64,000 bases of DNA from Candidatus Moraniibacteriota bacterium (GTDB taxonomy: Bacteria; Patescibacteriota; Minisyncoccia; Moranbacterales; UBA1568), in contig CP064989.1 of assembly GCA_016699875.1 (NCBI GenBank), positions 648,788 to 712,787 of the forward strand, in the 5' to 3' direction. Shown one piece after another: positions 40,530-50,466 of this stretch. Made by a program: the position numbers and the translations under genes. Under the pieces are notes generated by a model. The model was not told the origin of the DNA. It was given only the letters and a program-made list of their open reading frames with translations, and did not search any database. The stretch's first letter is position 1. Every line of letters starts with the position of its first letter.

Positions 40530-41762
40530 TTACATTCTTTCAGGGTGGCGATAGAAATGTTGAGCTTTCTCTATTCCCGCTATAGCCCGATCGATATCCT
40601 CTTTCGAATTGTATATCGAGAAGCTCATGCGTGCGGTTGCCGGAATCCCCAGCATCGAATGGATCGGATGCGCGCAGTGGGCTCCGGCACGGATGCATAT
40701 GTTTTCTGTGGCTAGCGATTCGGCGAGGTCGTGCGGATGAATGTCGGGAAGCGAAAACGAGATGAGGCTTCCGCGTTCCATATTCTCGTCCGGACCGAGG
40801 ATGCGGATATCCGGAAATGTTGATCGGAGTGTGTGTAGGGCGTATTCGGTAAGTACGTGTTCATGCTTTCGAACCCCTTCTCTATCGAGAGATTGCATGT
40901 ATTCGATGGCGGCGCGAAATGCGATGACACCGGAGATATTTGGTGTGCCGGCTTCGAATCGATGGGGCGCTTCTTTGAAAGTTGACCTTTCGATTCGAGC
41001 GTTTTCCACCATATCGCCGCCATATTGAAAGGGTGGAAGCGTATTGAGGAGAGAATATTTTCCCCAGAGAATGCCGACACCGGTCGGACCGAAACATTTG
41101 TGTGCGGAGAAGGCGAGAAAATCTACGCCGAGCGTTCGTGCATCGAGAGCCATGTGCGGAGCGGCTTGCGCGGCATCAAGTACGATTTTTGCCTCGGGTG
41201 CGAGTGCGTGGACAGCATCTGCCAACTCTTTGACCGGCGAGATGGATCCCAATACGTTTGAGATATGCGGAAACGCGAAGATTTTTGTGGCCGTATCGAT
41301 ATAGGATGAGAGCGTTGCCATATCGATCTCTCCCAATTGCGAAACCGGTACGACGCGGAATGATGCGCCTGTTCTCTGTGCGAGTGCTTGCCAGGGGAGA
41401 AAGTTTGCATGGTGATCCATGCCAGTGACAACAATGGAGCTGTTTCTTGAGATTGTGTTGCCGAGCGTCGCTGCAAGGAGATTTATGGATTCGGTGGTTC
41501 CTTTGGTGAAGACGATTTCTTTCCTCTCGGCACCGATCCATTGCGCGACTGCATCTCGCGTTGCTTCATACTCTTGCGTGGCACGATTTGAAAGTCCGTA
41601 GAGTCCGCGAGATATGTTTGCGGGGTATTCTTCGAGGTACTCGCGTTCTTTTTCGATGACAACCCGTGGCTTCAATGATGTGGCTGCTGAGTCGAGATAG
41701 ATCAGATCGGGCTGATTCGTGAATACGGGGAAATCTTTTCGAATTGTTTCCGGATGAATCAT
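40530..41762 (-). CDS. sufS: cysteine desulfurase SufS
   Basis: PLP-lysine region SAHKCFGPTGVGIL. Active-site RAGAHCAHP. Confidence 0.9.
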   Translation of the reverse strand: MIHPETIRKDFPVFTNQPDLIYLDSAATSLKPRVVIEKEREYLEEYPANISRGLYGLSNRATQEYEATRDAVAQWIGAERKEIVFTKGTTESINLLAATLGNTISRNSSIVVTGMDHHANFLPWQALAQRTGASFRVVPVSQLGEIDMATLSSYIDTATKIFAFPHISNVLGSISPVKELADAVHALAPEAKIVLDAAQAAPHMALDARTLGVDFLAFSAHKCFGPTGVGILWGKYSLLNTLPPFQYGGDMVENARIERSTFKEAPHRFEAGTPNISGVIAFRAAIEYMQSLDREGVRKHEHVLTEYALHTLRSTFPDIRILGPDENMERGSLISFSLPDIHPHDLAESLATENICIRAGAHCAHPIHSMLGIPATARMSFSIYNSKEDIDRAIAGIEKAQHFYRHPERM

Positions 41763-42367
41763 GAACGTGAATGAAGGGTCAATTGCCGAAATGCTGCCTG
41801 CTCCAAAGCATCTACTTCCGCATCATCGGTGTATGCGCGCATGTGGTCGAAGAAACTCCGAACGGCACCCTCTGCAAGAAGCTGCCTAGCACCCGGTAGT
41901 TTGATGCCGCGTGTTTCAAGGAAAAACAGTGACTCGGGCTGTGTTGTCCCGGTTGCGGACGCATGTCGCGCGGATACGTCGTCGGCGAGAATTTCGAGCT
42001 GAGGAGAAGAGCTGGCCCGCGCGTCTTCGGAGAGGAGAATATTGCGGTTCGTTTGTGATGCATCGGTACGAATCGCTTCGCGCTCGATACGGATGAGTCC
42101 GCTATAGGAGAGTCGCGCCTGCCCGTCGAGAATACTGAGAACGGTAAGATGTGATTGCGTGTCCGGTTTTGTGTGGTGTTGGATAACTGACAGGTTGAAT
42201 GAATCGGAACGGTTTCCGATAAAAAGCGCGAAGATATGGGCGACAGCGCCGGAACGTGCCAGAGAGAATTCTATCTGACGCGATTCGTTCCACAGGAAAA
42301 AGACTCTCGGTTCGAGGCGGAGAACAATCTCTTTGGCTGGCGTATGGTTGAGATTGAAGAATTGCAT
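41759..42367 (-). CDS. sufD: Fe-S cluster assembly protein SufD (short form)
   Basis: The conserved SufB/SufD C-terminal beta-helix region (ILLSEDARASSSPQLEI..DVSARHASATG). 4-bp overlap with sufS. Confidence 0.65.
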   Translation of the reverse strand: MQFFNLNHTPAKEIVLRLEPRVFFLWNESRQIEFSLARSGAVAHIFALFIGNRSDSFNLSVIQHHTKPDTQSHLTVLSILDGQARLSYSGLIRIEREAIRTDASQTNRNILLSEDARASSSPQLEILADDVSARHASATGTTQPESLFFLETRGIKLPGARQLLAEGAVRSFFDHMRAYTDDAEVDALEQAAFRQLTLHSRS

Positions 42368-42373
42368 AGCATG

Positions 42374-43780
42374 TTAGCCGACTTTCTTGGTCATCTCGAA
42401 ATGTATGAGACGATTGAGCTCGATGGAATACTCGAGAGGAATCTCTCTGGCGATCGGTTCGATGAAGCCGTTCACGAGGAGCCCTTCAGCGTCGCTTCGT
42501 GCAATCCCGCGCGACTCCAGAGAGAAGAGTTTCTCTTCGCCGATTTTTTCTACAGTGGCCTCGTGCTCCACGGTGGCATCGCTTCGATCGATGGTCATGG
42601 TCGGGTAGGTATCGCTCCTACTTGATGCGTCGAGCATCATGGCGTCACACGTGACGCTTGTTTTTGCCCGGCGCGCGTTCTTTCCGATATGCACAAGCCC
42701 GCGATAGGATGTCTGTCCACCGTTTTTTGATAGGGATTTGGAGAGGATGCGCGAGGTAGTGTTTGGTGCGAGGTGGTACATTTTGCTGCCGGCATCTTGG
42801 CACTGTGCGTTGCTTGCAAGTGCGATTGAGAGCATATCGCCGTGTGCGCCGTCGCCGACGAGATAGACGGACGGATACTTCATGGTCACTTTGCTGCCGA
42901 TATTACAGTCTACCCATTCCATAACCCCGTTTGATTCGGCGCGAGCGCGCTTGGTGACGAGGTTGTAGATGTTGTTGCTCCAGTTTTGCACGGTGGTGTA
43001 GCGGACACGCGCGCCTTTGTGAACGAACACCTCAACAACGGCCGCATGGAGCGAATCCGTCGAGTAGATGGGTGCGGTACAGCCTTCGGTGTAGTGTACG
43101 AAGCTTCCTTCCTCGGCGATTATCAGTGTGCGCTCGAATTGCCCGAACCGCTCGGCATTGATGCGGAAATATGCCTGAAGAGGGAGTTGTACTGTGACCC
43201 CCTTCGGGACATAGACGAATGAGCCTCCCGACCAAACGGCGGAATTGAGCGCGGCAAACTTGTTGTCTTGCGGCGGGATAAGCGTACCGAAGTATTTCCG
43301 AACGATATTGGGGTGTTTCCGAACCGCCGTATCCATATCGCAGAAAATGACCCCGAGTTTTTCCAGCTCGCGATTCATGCTCTCGTACACCACTTCGGAT
43401 TCGTATTGAGCTGAAACGCCGGAAAGAAATTTCTTCTCCGCTTCGGGGACGCCGATCCGGTCATAGGTCTCTTTGATTTCATCGGGGAGTGATTCCCATG
43501 AATCAGACCGGTCTTTGGTGGCTTTGAGAAAATAGGTGATGTCGGAGAAATCAATCGCCGAAAGATCCGGACCCCATGCCGGGAGCTTTTTCTTTTTGAA
43601 TGTCTCGTAGCTTTTCAGTCGGAATTCTCGCATCCACTCGGGTTCATTTTTGATGCGAGAAATTTCCTCGACCGTTTTCTTGTTGAGCCCGCGCCCCGAT
43701 TTGTGCGATGAAACCTCCGGCATGGAAAACCCGAACGAATAGTCGAAGTCGAGCCCGTGTTTTTTAGACGCATCTTCCAT
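42374..43780 (-). CDS. sufB: Fe-S cluster assembly protein SufB
   Basis: 468 aa with highly conserved SufB blocks (KMYHLAPNTTSRILSKSLSKNGGQTSYRGLV..). Confidence 0.9.
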   Translation of the reverse strand: MEDASKKHGLDFDYSFGFSMPEVSSHKSGRGLNKKTVEEISRIKNEPEWMREFRLKSYETFKKKKLPAWGPDLSAIDFSDITYFLKATKDRSDSWESLPDEIKETYDRIGVPEAEKKFLSGVSAQYESEVVYESMNRELEKLGVIFCDMDTAVRKHPNIVRKYFGTLIPPQDNKFAALNSAVWSGGSFVYVPKGVTVQLPLQAYFRINAERFGQFERTLIIAEEGSFVHYTEGCTAPIYSTDSLHAAVVEVFVHKGARVRYTTVQNWSNNIYNLVTKRARAESNGVMEWVDCNIGSKVTMKYPSVYLVGDGAHGDMLSIALASNAQCQDAGSKMYHLAPNTTSRILSKSLSKNGGQTSYRGLVHIGKNARRAKTSVTCDAMMLDASSRSDTYPTMTIDRSDATVEHEATVEKIGEEKLFSLESRGIARSDAEGLLVNGFIEPIAREIPLEYSIELNRLIHFEMTKKVG

Positions 43781-43783
43781 ATT

Positions 43784-44527
43784 CTATATCCCATCTTCTA
43801 TCTCACTCTCCTCTTCCTTCTTCTCAAATCCTTCTTCTTCGATAATTTTTCGAGCGAGCGATCCATAGCCGGTGCGGGATATGCCGCCGTTTTTCATGAC
43901 AAATGTCTTGTCCGGAGGAAGGATTGAAAGAAAGGCGGGCGAGTGTGTGATGAAGACAGATGTCTGTTCGGGCGTCCGATGAGTTTTGAGAAAGTTGCCG
44001 ATAATCTTTTGCGCATCGACATCGACACCGGTATCGAGTTCGTCAAAAAAGGCGATCTTTGGTGCGAGCATGGCCCAAATCAGTGCTTCGAATTTCTTTT
44101 TTTCTCCACCGGAGAATCCGTCGTGAAGACCGCGATGCAGAAGCGGAGCGGGGATGTCGAGTTCTTTTGCGAATTCCCCTACTTTTTTCCGAGCGTCCAG
44201 AGCGCTTACCGTCGGAAGGGCGAATCGGAGAAATGCAAAAATAGAAACGCCTGGCAAAGGAGGTGGCGACTGGAAAGAGCCGAAAATGCCGAGTCGTGCT
44301 CGCCGATCGGGAGAGAGTGAGAGTATTGATTGGGTGTTCCAGATGATGTCGGATCCGTCATGTACCCGTATGTTCGGGTGTCCGAGCACGGCACTTGCAA
44401 GTGTCGACTTTCCCGACCCGTTTGGTCCGAGAAGGGCGTAGGTTTTTCCGGTTTGAAATGAAAGGGAGATATTATTGAGAATAGTTTTCTCTTCTATTGA
44501 TGCCGTGAGGTGTTTGATTTCCAGCAT
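43784..44527 (-). CDS. sufC: Fe-S cluster assembly ATPase SufC
   Basis: Walker A GPNGSGKSTL, signature FSGGEKKK, and the SufC-specific GHP motif. Confidence 0.9.
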   Translation of the reverse strand: MLEIKHLTASIEEKTILNNISLSFQTGKTYALLGPNGSGKSTLASAVLGHPNIRVHDGSDIIWNTQSILSLSPDRRARLGIFGSFQSPPPLPGVSIFAFLRFALPTVSALDARKKVGEFAKELDIPAPLLHRGLHDGFSGGEKKKFEALIWAMLAPKIAFFDELDTGVDVDAQKIIGNFLKTHRTPEQTSVFITHSPAFLSILPPDKTFVMKNGGISRTGYGSLARKIIEEEGFEKKEEESEIEDGI

Positions 44528-44542
44528 AGTATGAATAAGGTA

Positions 44543-44971
44543 TTAACGGGGCTGTTGCGCACGAGCTTCGTGCGGTACGAGATCAGCCAATGTGACCCGG
44601 GAAAGCGTGTTCCGAACGGTACTTTCGAGCTGTTCCCAAACGCTCTTGGTTTGACAGTGAGTCATGACGGGGCATGGAGAGAGTATTCCTGAGAATGCGG
44701 GGCGCTCGGCTTCTTCAAAGCCGCCATCGAGTGTTTCGAGTATGTCCCACGAGGTGATGCTGTGCGGAGACTTGGCAAGTGCATATCCACCTCGCGCACC
44801 TTTTTCGGACACGACAAAGCCACCTCGCTTCAGATGCTGAAGGATTTTCTCAAGGTAGTCTTCGGGAAGGTGTTCTTCTTGAGCAAGAGCGTGTACCGAA
44901 CAACCCTCCGGATGCCGAGCAAGAGCGACAAGTGCGCTCAGTCCATACGATGCCTTTCGAGATATTTTCAT
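44543..44971 (-). CDS. Rrf2-family transcriptional regulator (IscR/SufR-like)
   Basis: MKISRKASYGLSALVALA wHTH and a C-terminal Cys cluster (SPCPVMTHC). First gene of the suf operon. Confidence 0.8.
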   Translation of the reverse strand: MKISRKASYGLSALVALARHPEGCSVHALAQEEHLPEDYLEKILQHLKRGGFVVSEKGARGGYALAKSPHSITSWDILETLDGGFEEAERPAFSGILSPCPVMTHCQTKSVWEQLESTVRNTLSRVTLADLVPHEARAQQPR

Positions 44972-45135
44972 AGAAAACGGACTCTTTTAGTCCGAATTTG
45001 AGTGTAGATGAGGAGGAGTGATATGTCAAGGAGGTTTTTATGCCAAGTTCATCTGCATATGGAACATTGACTCTATATTGGAATTATGATAGAAGTTCAG
45101 TGCTTTCGAGTCGAAAGTTTTGTGGAGGGTTTCAG

Positions 45136-45444
45136 ATGAAAGTAGAACTTGAGCAGGGCGATTTCTTCGACGCCAATTTTCAACGCTACGGGATTTGCTT
45201 CGGACTGGTTCTTTCGAATAAAATTGGCGACGACCTACAAGCGTGTGCTCTTTCTGTAGGCAATGATAGCGTAGTGATTTCTCTGGCGAATCTTCCAGAT
45301 GATCCTATGCCTCTTCGGGAAGAACGTGTTCCCCTGGAATGCTTGAAGTTGTTACGGGCAGCACAGAGCGCTTGGGGCATTGGATTGCAATACCCGATAT
45401 TCTTCGGTGTCGGAAAGTCAGAAGCTAATAATGACAGTAGCTGA
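45136..45444 (+). CDS. hypothetical protein
   Basis: ATG 8 nt after GGAGGG in the divergent intergenic region between rrf2 and rpoD. No motif. Confidence 0.25.
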   Translation: MKVELEQGDFFDANFQRYGICFGLVLSNKIGDDLQACALSVGNDSVVISLANLPDDPMPLREERVPLECLKLLRAAQSAWGIGLQYPIFFGVGKSEANNDSS

Positions 45445-45608
45445 AAGGTGTGATGCTTGAAGTGAGTTAAGCTACAATCAACAAAAGCCATCTCCGGGTG
45501 GCTTTTCCTTTTGACTCTCTTCCTACTCTCGTGTAGGATAAAGCTGGTTTATGCTCGGGAATAGAGGATGAAACGATACATAGAGTCTCTTTCTTTTTCT
45601 CATATCTT

Positions 45609-47114
45609 ATGGCGCGTCAACCATCTTCTCGAAAGGCTCTGTCGAAGAAGAATCGCACAGCCCCCTCTTCTCATAAGAAGAAGTCTGTGCTGTTGTCGGC
45701 TCGACGATCGGTTCGGGGAGTATCCAAGACATCGAAAACATCCATGAAGAGTCTCAAGACCAAGAAAACGAAATCGACCAAGAAAGCGGTTGTGCGCCCC
45801 GCAAAAAAGAAATCCGTGGCGAGACCAGCAAAAAAGCCGGCGAAGAAATCATCGCCAAAGCAAAAACCGGCAAAGGCAAAGAAGCCGGTGTCAGCAAAGG
45901 CTTCTTTAAATCGAAAGGCTGCTCTTGAGAAGAAGCCGACTCCTACCAAACAAGAGCGCGAAGTGAAGAAACAGGAACGGGAAAGCAAGCGAGCTAATGC
46001 GTTTGAAGAGTTGCTGTTTCGCGGACGTCAACGCGGCTTTGTGACGGAAGACGAAATCATACACATCCTGCCGGATATCGAGCAGGATTTGGAAAATCTC
46101 GAAAATCTCTACGAAAAATTCGAGACAAGTGGCGTCAAAGTCGTGGACTCAAACGACATGTTGAAGCTCGAGACTGACAAGATCGGCGAGTCATTCTCGG
46201 ATAAGAAAGGAAAGTTGAAGAAGAAGACGAAAGATGCCCCGAGTCTCATGGGTGGCGTTGATCGTCCTGAAGAGGGCTCGGGCGATTCGTCGGATCTCGT
46301 ACAGATGTATCTCAAAGAGATCGGCCGCGTGCCGCTTATCTCCGGACAAGAAGAAGTGCGACTTGCGAAAGCGATGGAGGCGGGCGATGCGTCTGCCAAA
46401 CAGCGCCTGACCGAGGCTAATCTTCGTCTGGTGGTCTCGATTGCCAAGAAGTATGTCGGGCGTTCGCACAATCTTTCATTGCTTGATTTGGTGCAAGAGG
46501 GGAATATCGGGCTCTTTCGTGCCGTTGAGAAGTTCGACTTCCGTAAGGGTTTCAAATTTTCGACCTATGCGACCTGGTGGATTCGCCAGGCGATCACACG
46601 TGCGCTTGCTGATCAGTCGCGCACGATTCGCATCCCGGTCCACATGGTGGAGACGATCAATAAGTATTCCCAAGTGACTCGCCGTCTCGTGCAAGAGCTC
46701 GGTCGAGAGCCGCTTCCCGAGGAAATTGCCGTTGAGATGGGCGTTGAGGTAGAGAAAATCCGGCATATTCAGAAGATTTCTCAAGAAACCGTCTCGCTTG
46801 AGACGAGTGTCGGGTCGGACGATGATGAGAGTGTCTTGGGCGACTTCATCGAAGATACCGAGACGATTATGCCGCACCAGTCAGCGGCGCGGAAACTGCT
46901 TTCCGGACATATTGCCGAAGTCTTGGACGAGCTCTCGCCACGCGAGCAGAAGATTCTCAAGATTCGCTTCGGACTCGAAGACGGCATCGTGCATACGCTC
47001 GAAGAAGTCGGGCAAGAATTCGGCGTGACGCGCGAACGTATCCGCCAGATCGAGGCCAAAGCACTCGAAAAAATCCGCGATCATGATATTGTAAAGAAGC
47101 TCAAAGATTATTAA
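45609..47114 (+). CDS. rpoD: RNA polymerase primary sigma factor (sigma-70) with an N-terminal lysine/alanine-rich basic tail
   Basis: Regions 2-4 ([18 protein letters not shown].., [15 protein letters not shown]-terminal HTH). The first roughly 110 aa are a KKxxAKK-type low-complexity tract. Confidence 0.9.
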   Translation: MARQPSSRKALSKKNRTAPSSHKKKSVLLSARRSVRGVSKTSKTSMKSLKTKKTKSTKKAVVRPAKKKSVARPAKKPAKKSSPKQKPAKAKKPVSAKASLNRKAALEKKPTPTKQEREVKKQERESKRANAFEELLFRGRQRGFVTEDEIIHILPDIEQDLENLENLYEKFETSGVKVVDSNDMLKLETDKIGESFSDKKGKLKKKTKDAPSLMGGVDRPEEGSGDSSDLVQMYLKEIGRVPLISGQEEVRLAKAMEAGDASAKQRLTEANLRLVVSIAKKYVGRSHNLSLLDLVQEGNIGLFRAVEKFDFRKGFKFSTYATWWIRQAITRALADQSRTIRIPVHMVETINKYSQVTRRLVQELGREPLPEEIAVEMGVEVEKIRHIQKISQETVSLETSVGSDDDESVLGDFIEDTETIMPHQSAARKLLSGHIAEVLDELSPREQKILKIRFGLEDGIVHTLEEVGQEFGVTRERIRQIEAKALEKIRDHDIVKKLKDY

Positions 47115-47195
47115 GAGTGTTAGCTGTAGTAAGTCTGTTCTTTCAGTGCAATCCATCCCCAACTTTCCCCGGATATTTCCGGAAAGGAGCAAGGT

Positions 47196-47456
47196 ATGTG
47201 TAGCATCTTCCCGGTTGAAGTCATTTCTCTCCTTGGTGGCGATCAAGCAGTTGTCATGGTTGGAGGAGAAAAGAAAGTTGTATCTACGGCGTTGCTACTA
47301 GAGGAAGTGACTGTCGGAGATTATGTGACAGTCTTCTTTGGCTATGCGCGGGAGAGGCATGCTCCTGAGGTGGCGAAAGAAATACTTTCTTTTTCGCGGC
47401 AGTTTCATTCCGGAGAGTATGGGAAGCAAGTTGTGCAGGAAGCATTGCCGGCGTAA
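47196..47456 (+). CDS. HypC/HupF-like small protein (MC-x-x-P N-terminus)
   Basis: MCSIFPVEVISL...GDYVTVFFGYA. 86 aa. RBS GGAAAGGAG. No other hydrogenase genes in the window. Confidence 0.45.
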   Translation: MCSIFPVEVISLLGGDQAVVMVGGEKKVVSTALLLEEVTVGDYVTVFFGYARERHAPEVAKEILSFSRQFHSGEYGKQVVQEALPA

Positions 47457-47572
47457 AACCACCGCCTTGGTTTAAAAATACGTTCTTTTGGCTCTCGAGT
47501 CGCTTGCCAAGGGTGGCTTGGTTGCCTATACTGTGGGAGTCGCCTGAAACAGACGGCTTTCCACAATTCTAT

Positions 47573-47647
47573 TCCGGCGTAGCTCAGCGGTAGAGCGAGG
47601 GACTGTTAATCCCCAGGTCGCAGGTTCGAATCCTGCCGCCGGAGCAA
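47573..47647 (+). tRNA. tRNA-Asn (anticodon GTT)
   Basis: Acceptor TCCGGCG/CGCCGGA, D-arm GCTCAGCGGTAGAGC, anticodon loop CTGTTAA, T-arm GCAGGTTCGAATCCTGC. No encoded CCA. Confidence 0.85.
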
Positions 47648-47652
47648 ATGAA

Positions 47653-47681
47653 AATAAGGCTTAAACACGCCTTATTTTTTG
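47653..47681 (+). terminator. terminator hairpin after the tRNA (ATAAGGCttaaacacGCCTTATTTTTT)
   Basis: Stem followed by T6. Confidence 0.55.
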
Positions 47682-47757
47682 TTACCCCGGACTGGAGTTC
47701 GAACCAATTTGTTTAAGATGCTATGATTTATTTATTATTTGCAAAGGAAATTAAATC

Positions 47758-48468
47758 ATGGAAGATAAAATTCTAAAATTAAATAATACAAGAATTTATG
47801 TTGTGAGAAGTATTCATCCATACACAAGAACCGTTACGGATGAAGAGCTTGCAAAGAAAGGTATTGGAATTGGAAATGATTGGGATAGCGATACTGATCA
47901 TGCGGCATATCAATGGAAAATGGTAGATCATTATGGATCGGGTATGGGCGTTATGTCCCGTGAATATAATATGCCTGTTGGAAAATGGTCCGTATATTTA
48001 GCTAAAGACTTGGAGCATGCAAAAAATAAATTTCTCAAGGAAAAGAAAAAAGAAGGCGATGTATTGTATATTGCTGAAATCGATTTAATTAAAGTTAAAC
48101 TTGGAAAAAATCTGCCGTTTGAATATATGGAGAAAGATGAAAATGGAAAATTGAAATATGCAGAAACTGCTTTAGAAATAGATAGTGATAATGAAGCTGG
48201 AGAGTATCACTTGGTATCCCAAAGGAGCTTAGAAACATTACAGGCAGGTCTCAAATGTGGATTTGATTCGACTGGAAGACTAAAAGATGATGGAAATCTT
48301 TTTGGCGAATTCTATTTGGATAATTATAAAGATCCCTCTCAAATTGAAAAAGAATATATTTTTAGAGTCAAAGAGGGGGAACATGTAGAAATAACCTCAG
48401 AAATAAAACGTCTAAGAGGGGAGATGGAATCTCAAAAAGAAAGGCTATCTAGTTTTAAGTTGAGATAA
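47758..48468 (+). CDS. hypothetical protein (first cassette of the low-GC island)
   Basis: 236 aa, K/E-rich and AT-rich coding. No recognised domain. Confidence 0.5.
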   Translation: MEDKILKLNNTRIYVVRSIHPYTRTVTDEELAKKGIGIGNDWDSDTDHAAYQWKMVDHYGSGMGVMSREYNMPVGKWSVYLAKDLEHAKNKFLKEKKKEGDVLYIAEIDLIKVKLGKNLPFEYMEKDENGKLKYAETALEIDSDNEAGEYHLVSQRSLETLQAGLKCGFDSTGRLKDDGNLFGEFYLDNYKDPSQIEKEYIFRVKEGEHVEITSEIKRLRGEMESQKERLSSFKLR

Positions 48469-48470
48469 TA

Positions 48471-48503
48471 AGGTTCTGGCATCATCCAATCTGGGTCTCA
48501 TGA
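48471..48503 (+). repeat. island 3' box, copy 1 (AGGTTCTGGCATCATCCAATCTGGG)
   Basis: Member of a repeat family sharing GGTTCKRAC-NTCNTCCA...CGGAGC. Confidence 0.6.
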
Positions 48504-48513
48504 ATTAATGAAA

Positions 48514-48578
48514 GAAGTTCGAACTTCCTCCAAGGCTCGGAGCTAGCTAATTTGAGGCTTTGTTAAGCCTCTTTTTTG
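48514..48578 (+). repeat. island 3' box, copy 2, plus hairpin terminator
   Basis: GAAGTTCGAACTTCCTCCAAGGCTCGGAGC...TTTGAGGCTTTGTTAAGCCTCTTTTTT. Confidence 0.7.
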
Positions 48579-48602
48579 ATACAAGGGGTTCTAACCTGGT
48601 AT
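48567..48602 (+). promoter_or_regulatory. sigma70-like promoter (TTGATA-18-TATACT) for the SDR cassette
   Basis: Spacing and hexamers close to consensus. ATG at 48615. Confidence 0.4.
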
Positions 48603-48614
48603 ACTAAAAGTACT

Positions 48615-49373
48615 ATGGAAAATTCTAAATCACTACAATCTAAAGTTGCTCTCGTTACTGGTGTTGGCAGAAAGGAGGGGATTGGTATGGCTATCTGTCG
48701 TGAACTTGCCAAAAATGGGGCAGATATTTTCTTCACCTACTGGCATCCCTACGATCAGGAAACTCATCCTGATAGTGAAAACAATATGCAAGCTCTTAGT
48801 ACTGATTTAGAGCAACTTGGTGTAAAAGTGAAGAGCAGGGAAGTAGACTTGTCTCAACCTGACTCTGCAGAGAGGCTCTTTGAGGAAGTAGAAAAAAAGT
48901 TAGGCACTCCTTCTGTTCTCGTAAATAATGCTTGCCATGACTTTGAAGTTGACTTCACGGAACTTTCACCAGAGATATTGGACTAGCATTATGTAGTGAA
49001 TGTCAGAGCTGTTACGATGCTCTGTAAAGAGTTTGTGAAAAGAGGAAAGACTGGACATATCATCAATATGACATCAGGCCAGTCTCTCGGTAGTATGGGA
49101 GGTCATAAAATTCCTTATACTATTACGAAGGCAGCTTTAGAGATGCTAGCACCGCAACTCGCTCCTGAATTGAAAAATCTCGGAATCTCTATAAATTCGC
49201 TCGATCCAGGGCCAACTGACACTGGTTGGATGACAGAAGAAGTAAAAGAGATGATTTTGAAGGATTCTAAAAAAGGATTTATAACTACCCCAGAAGAAAT
49301 CGGAAAGCTGGTCGTAAAGATTCTTACTCAAAATCAGTATAAAAGTGGAGAAGTAATTCACGCTGAACGTTAG
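48615..49373 (+). pseudogene. short-chain dehydrogenase/reductase interrupted by an in-frame TAG at 48984..48986
   Basis: N-terminal ALVTGVGRKEGIGMA (TGxxxGxG), NNAC, then after the stop S-x12-YxxxK (MTSGQS...YTITKAAL) in the same frame. Confidence 0.6.
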
Positions 49374-49384
49374 AAATCAAGGGC

Positions 49385-49950
49385 ATGGCTAAAATTTCAT
49401 TAGAAAAATTACTTTCTGAAAAAGAAGCAAAAGTTGGGGATACGATCTTTATTGCAGTTGATGGTCATGGTGGTTCTGGAAAATCAACATTTGCAAAATG
49501 GCTTTCAGAAGAGTTAGATGCACAAATTATTCAGACAGATGATTTTGCCTCCTGGGATAACCCGCTAAACTGGTGGCCACTTGTCATTGAGAAAGTATTT
49601 GATCCCATAAAAAAAGGAGCTAGGACTTTAAGTTATCCTCGATCATCGTGGTGGGAGAATCATCATCCAGAGCCAGTTATTGACCAGCCAGTAACAAAAA
49701 TTATGATTCTTGAGGGAGTGAGCTCTTTGAGAAAGGAATTTCGTAATTACATCAGCCTAGGTTTTTTTGTAGATACACCTTTGTTTGCAAAGAGGAGTAG
49801 AGAGAGATTCTGGCACTGGGAAAACAGCGCAGGAGCTCGAGGAAATGTGGAATAAGTGGTTTGCTGAGGAAGAAGTGTATATGAAGAGGGATAACCCTAA
49901 GAACTATGCTGATGTTGTTCTCGAGGGGTCAAAGTCATTTGTAGACCAGG
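49385..49950 (+). pseudogene. P-loop nucleoside/nucleotide kinase-like protein with a frameshift near 49815 (A-run)
   Basis: IAVDGHGGSGKSTFAKWL P-loop. The C-terminal AQELEEMWNKWFAEEEVYMKRDNPKNYADVVLEGS continues in another frame. Confidence 0.5.
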
Positions 49951-49963
49951 TTGATTAACCAAA

Positions 49964-50030
49964 CGGGTTCTAACATCATCCAGTACCCGGAGCTTACTTC
50001 AGAAAATGGCTTAGTATAGCCATTTTTTGT
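49964..50030 (+). repeat. island 3' box, copy 3, plus terminator
   Basis: CGGGTTCTAACATCATCCAGTACCCGGAGC...AATGGCTtagtatAGCCATTTTTTG. Confidence 0.7.
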
Positions 50031-50154
50031 TGCCTGGGAGTATTGACTCAAAGATGAAATTATGCTAAGATATATTATTCATTGACCTTCCTAAATAGAC
50101 GCGACAAACATCACGCGTTGTGGTGAGTCGAACCTGTTTAGGAGGATAAACGCA

Positions 50155-50361
50155 ATGGCGGAATATTGTAATTTGTCTCGAACGGACAGAGACAAGTTTC
50201 TCCAGTTTGCCAGAAATGGACGCTGGGGGACATGCGACGACTGCCCAAGAGATACGGATGGCCGAGTGTATCCCGAGTTCTGTCCCAATACGGACCGTTA
50301 TGACCATCGGATGACAATGGAGGAGTTGGCCGACTACTACAAGGTCCTTATAAAGGGATAG
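50155..50361 (+). CDS. small cysteine-containing hypothetical protein
   Basis: 68 aa. RBS AGGAGGATAAACGCA. CxxC-like (CDDCP...CP). Confidence 0.4.
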   Translation: MAEYCNLSRTDRDKFLQFARNGRWGTCDDCPRDTDGRVYPEFCPNTDRYDHRMTMEELADYYKVLIKG

Positions 50362-50466
50362 TCTGACCCAGAAGTAAGCAGAAGACTGCTGTTCTGGGTC
50401 TTTTGCTTTTCTATACCACCACCCACTCCAATTCTTTTAAGTCTTTCTGAATATTTCCCCAATCAA

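Noticed and set aside
40741-41601. Plus-strand ORFs inside sufS
   Set aside because: Antisense shadows. sufS carries PLP and active-site motifs on the minus strand.
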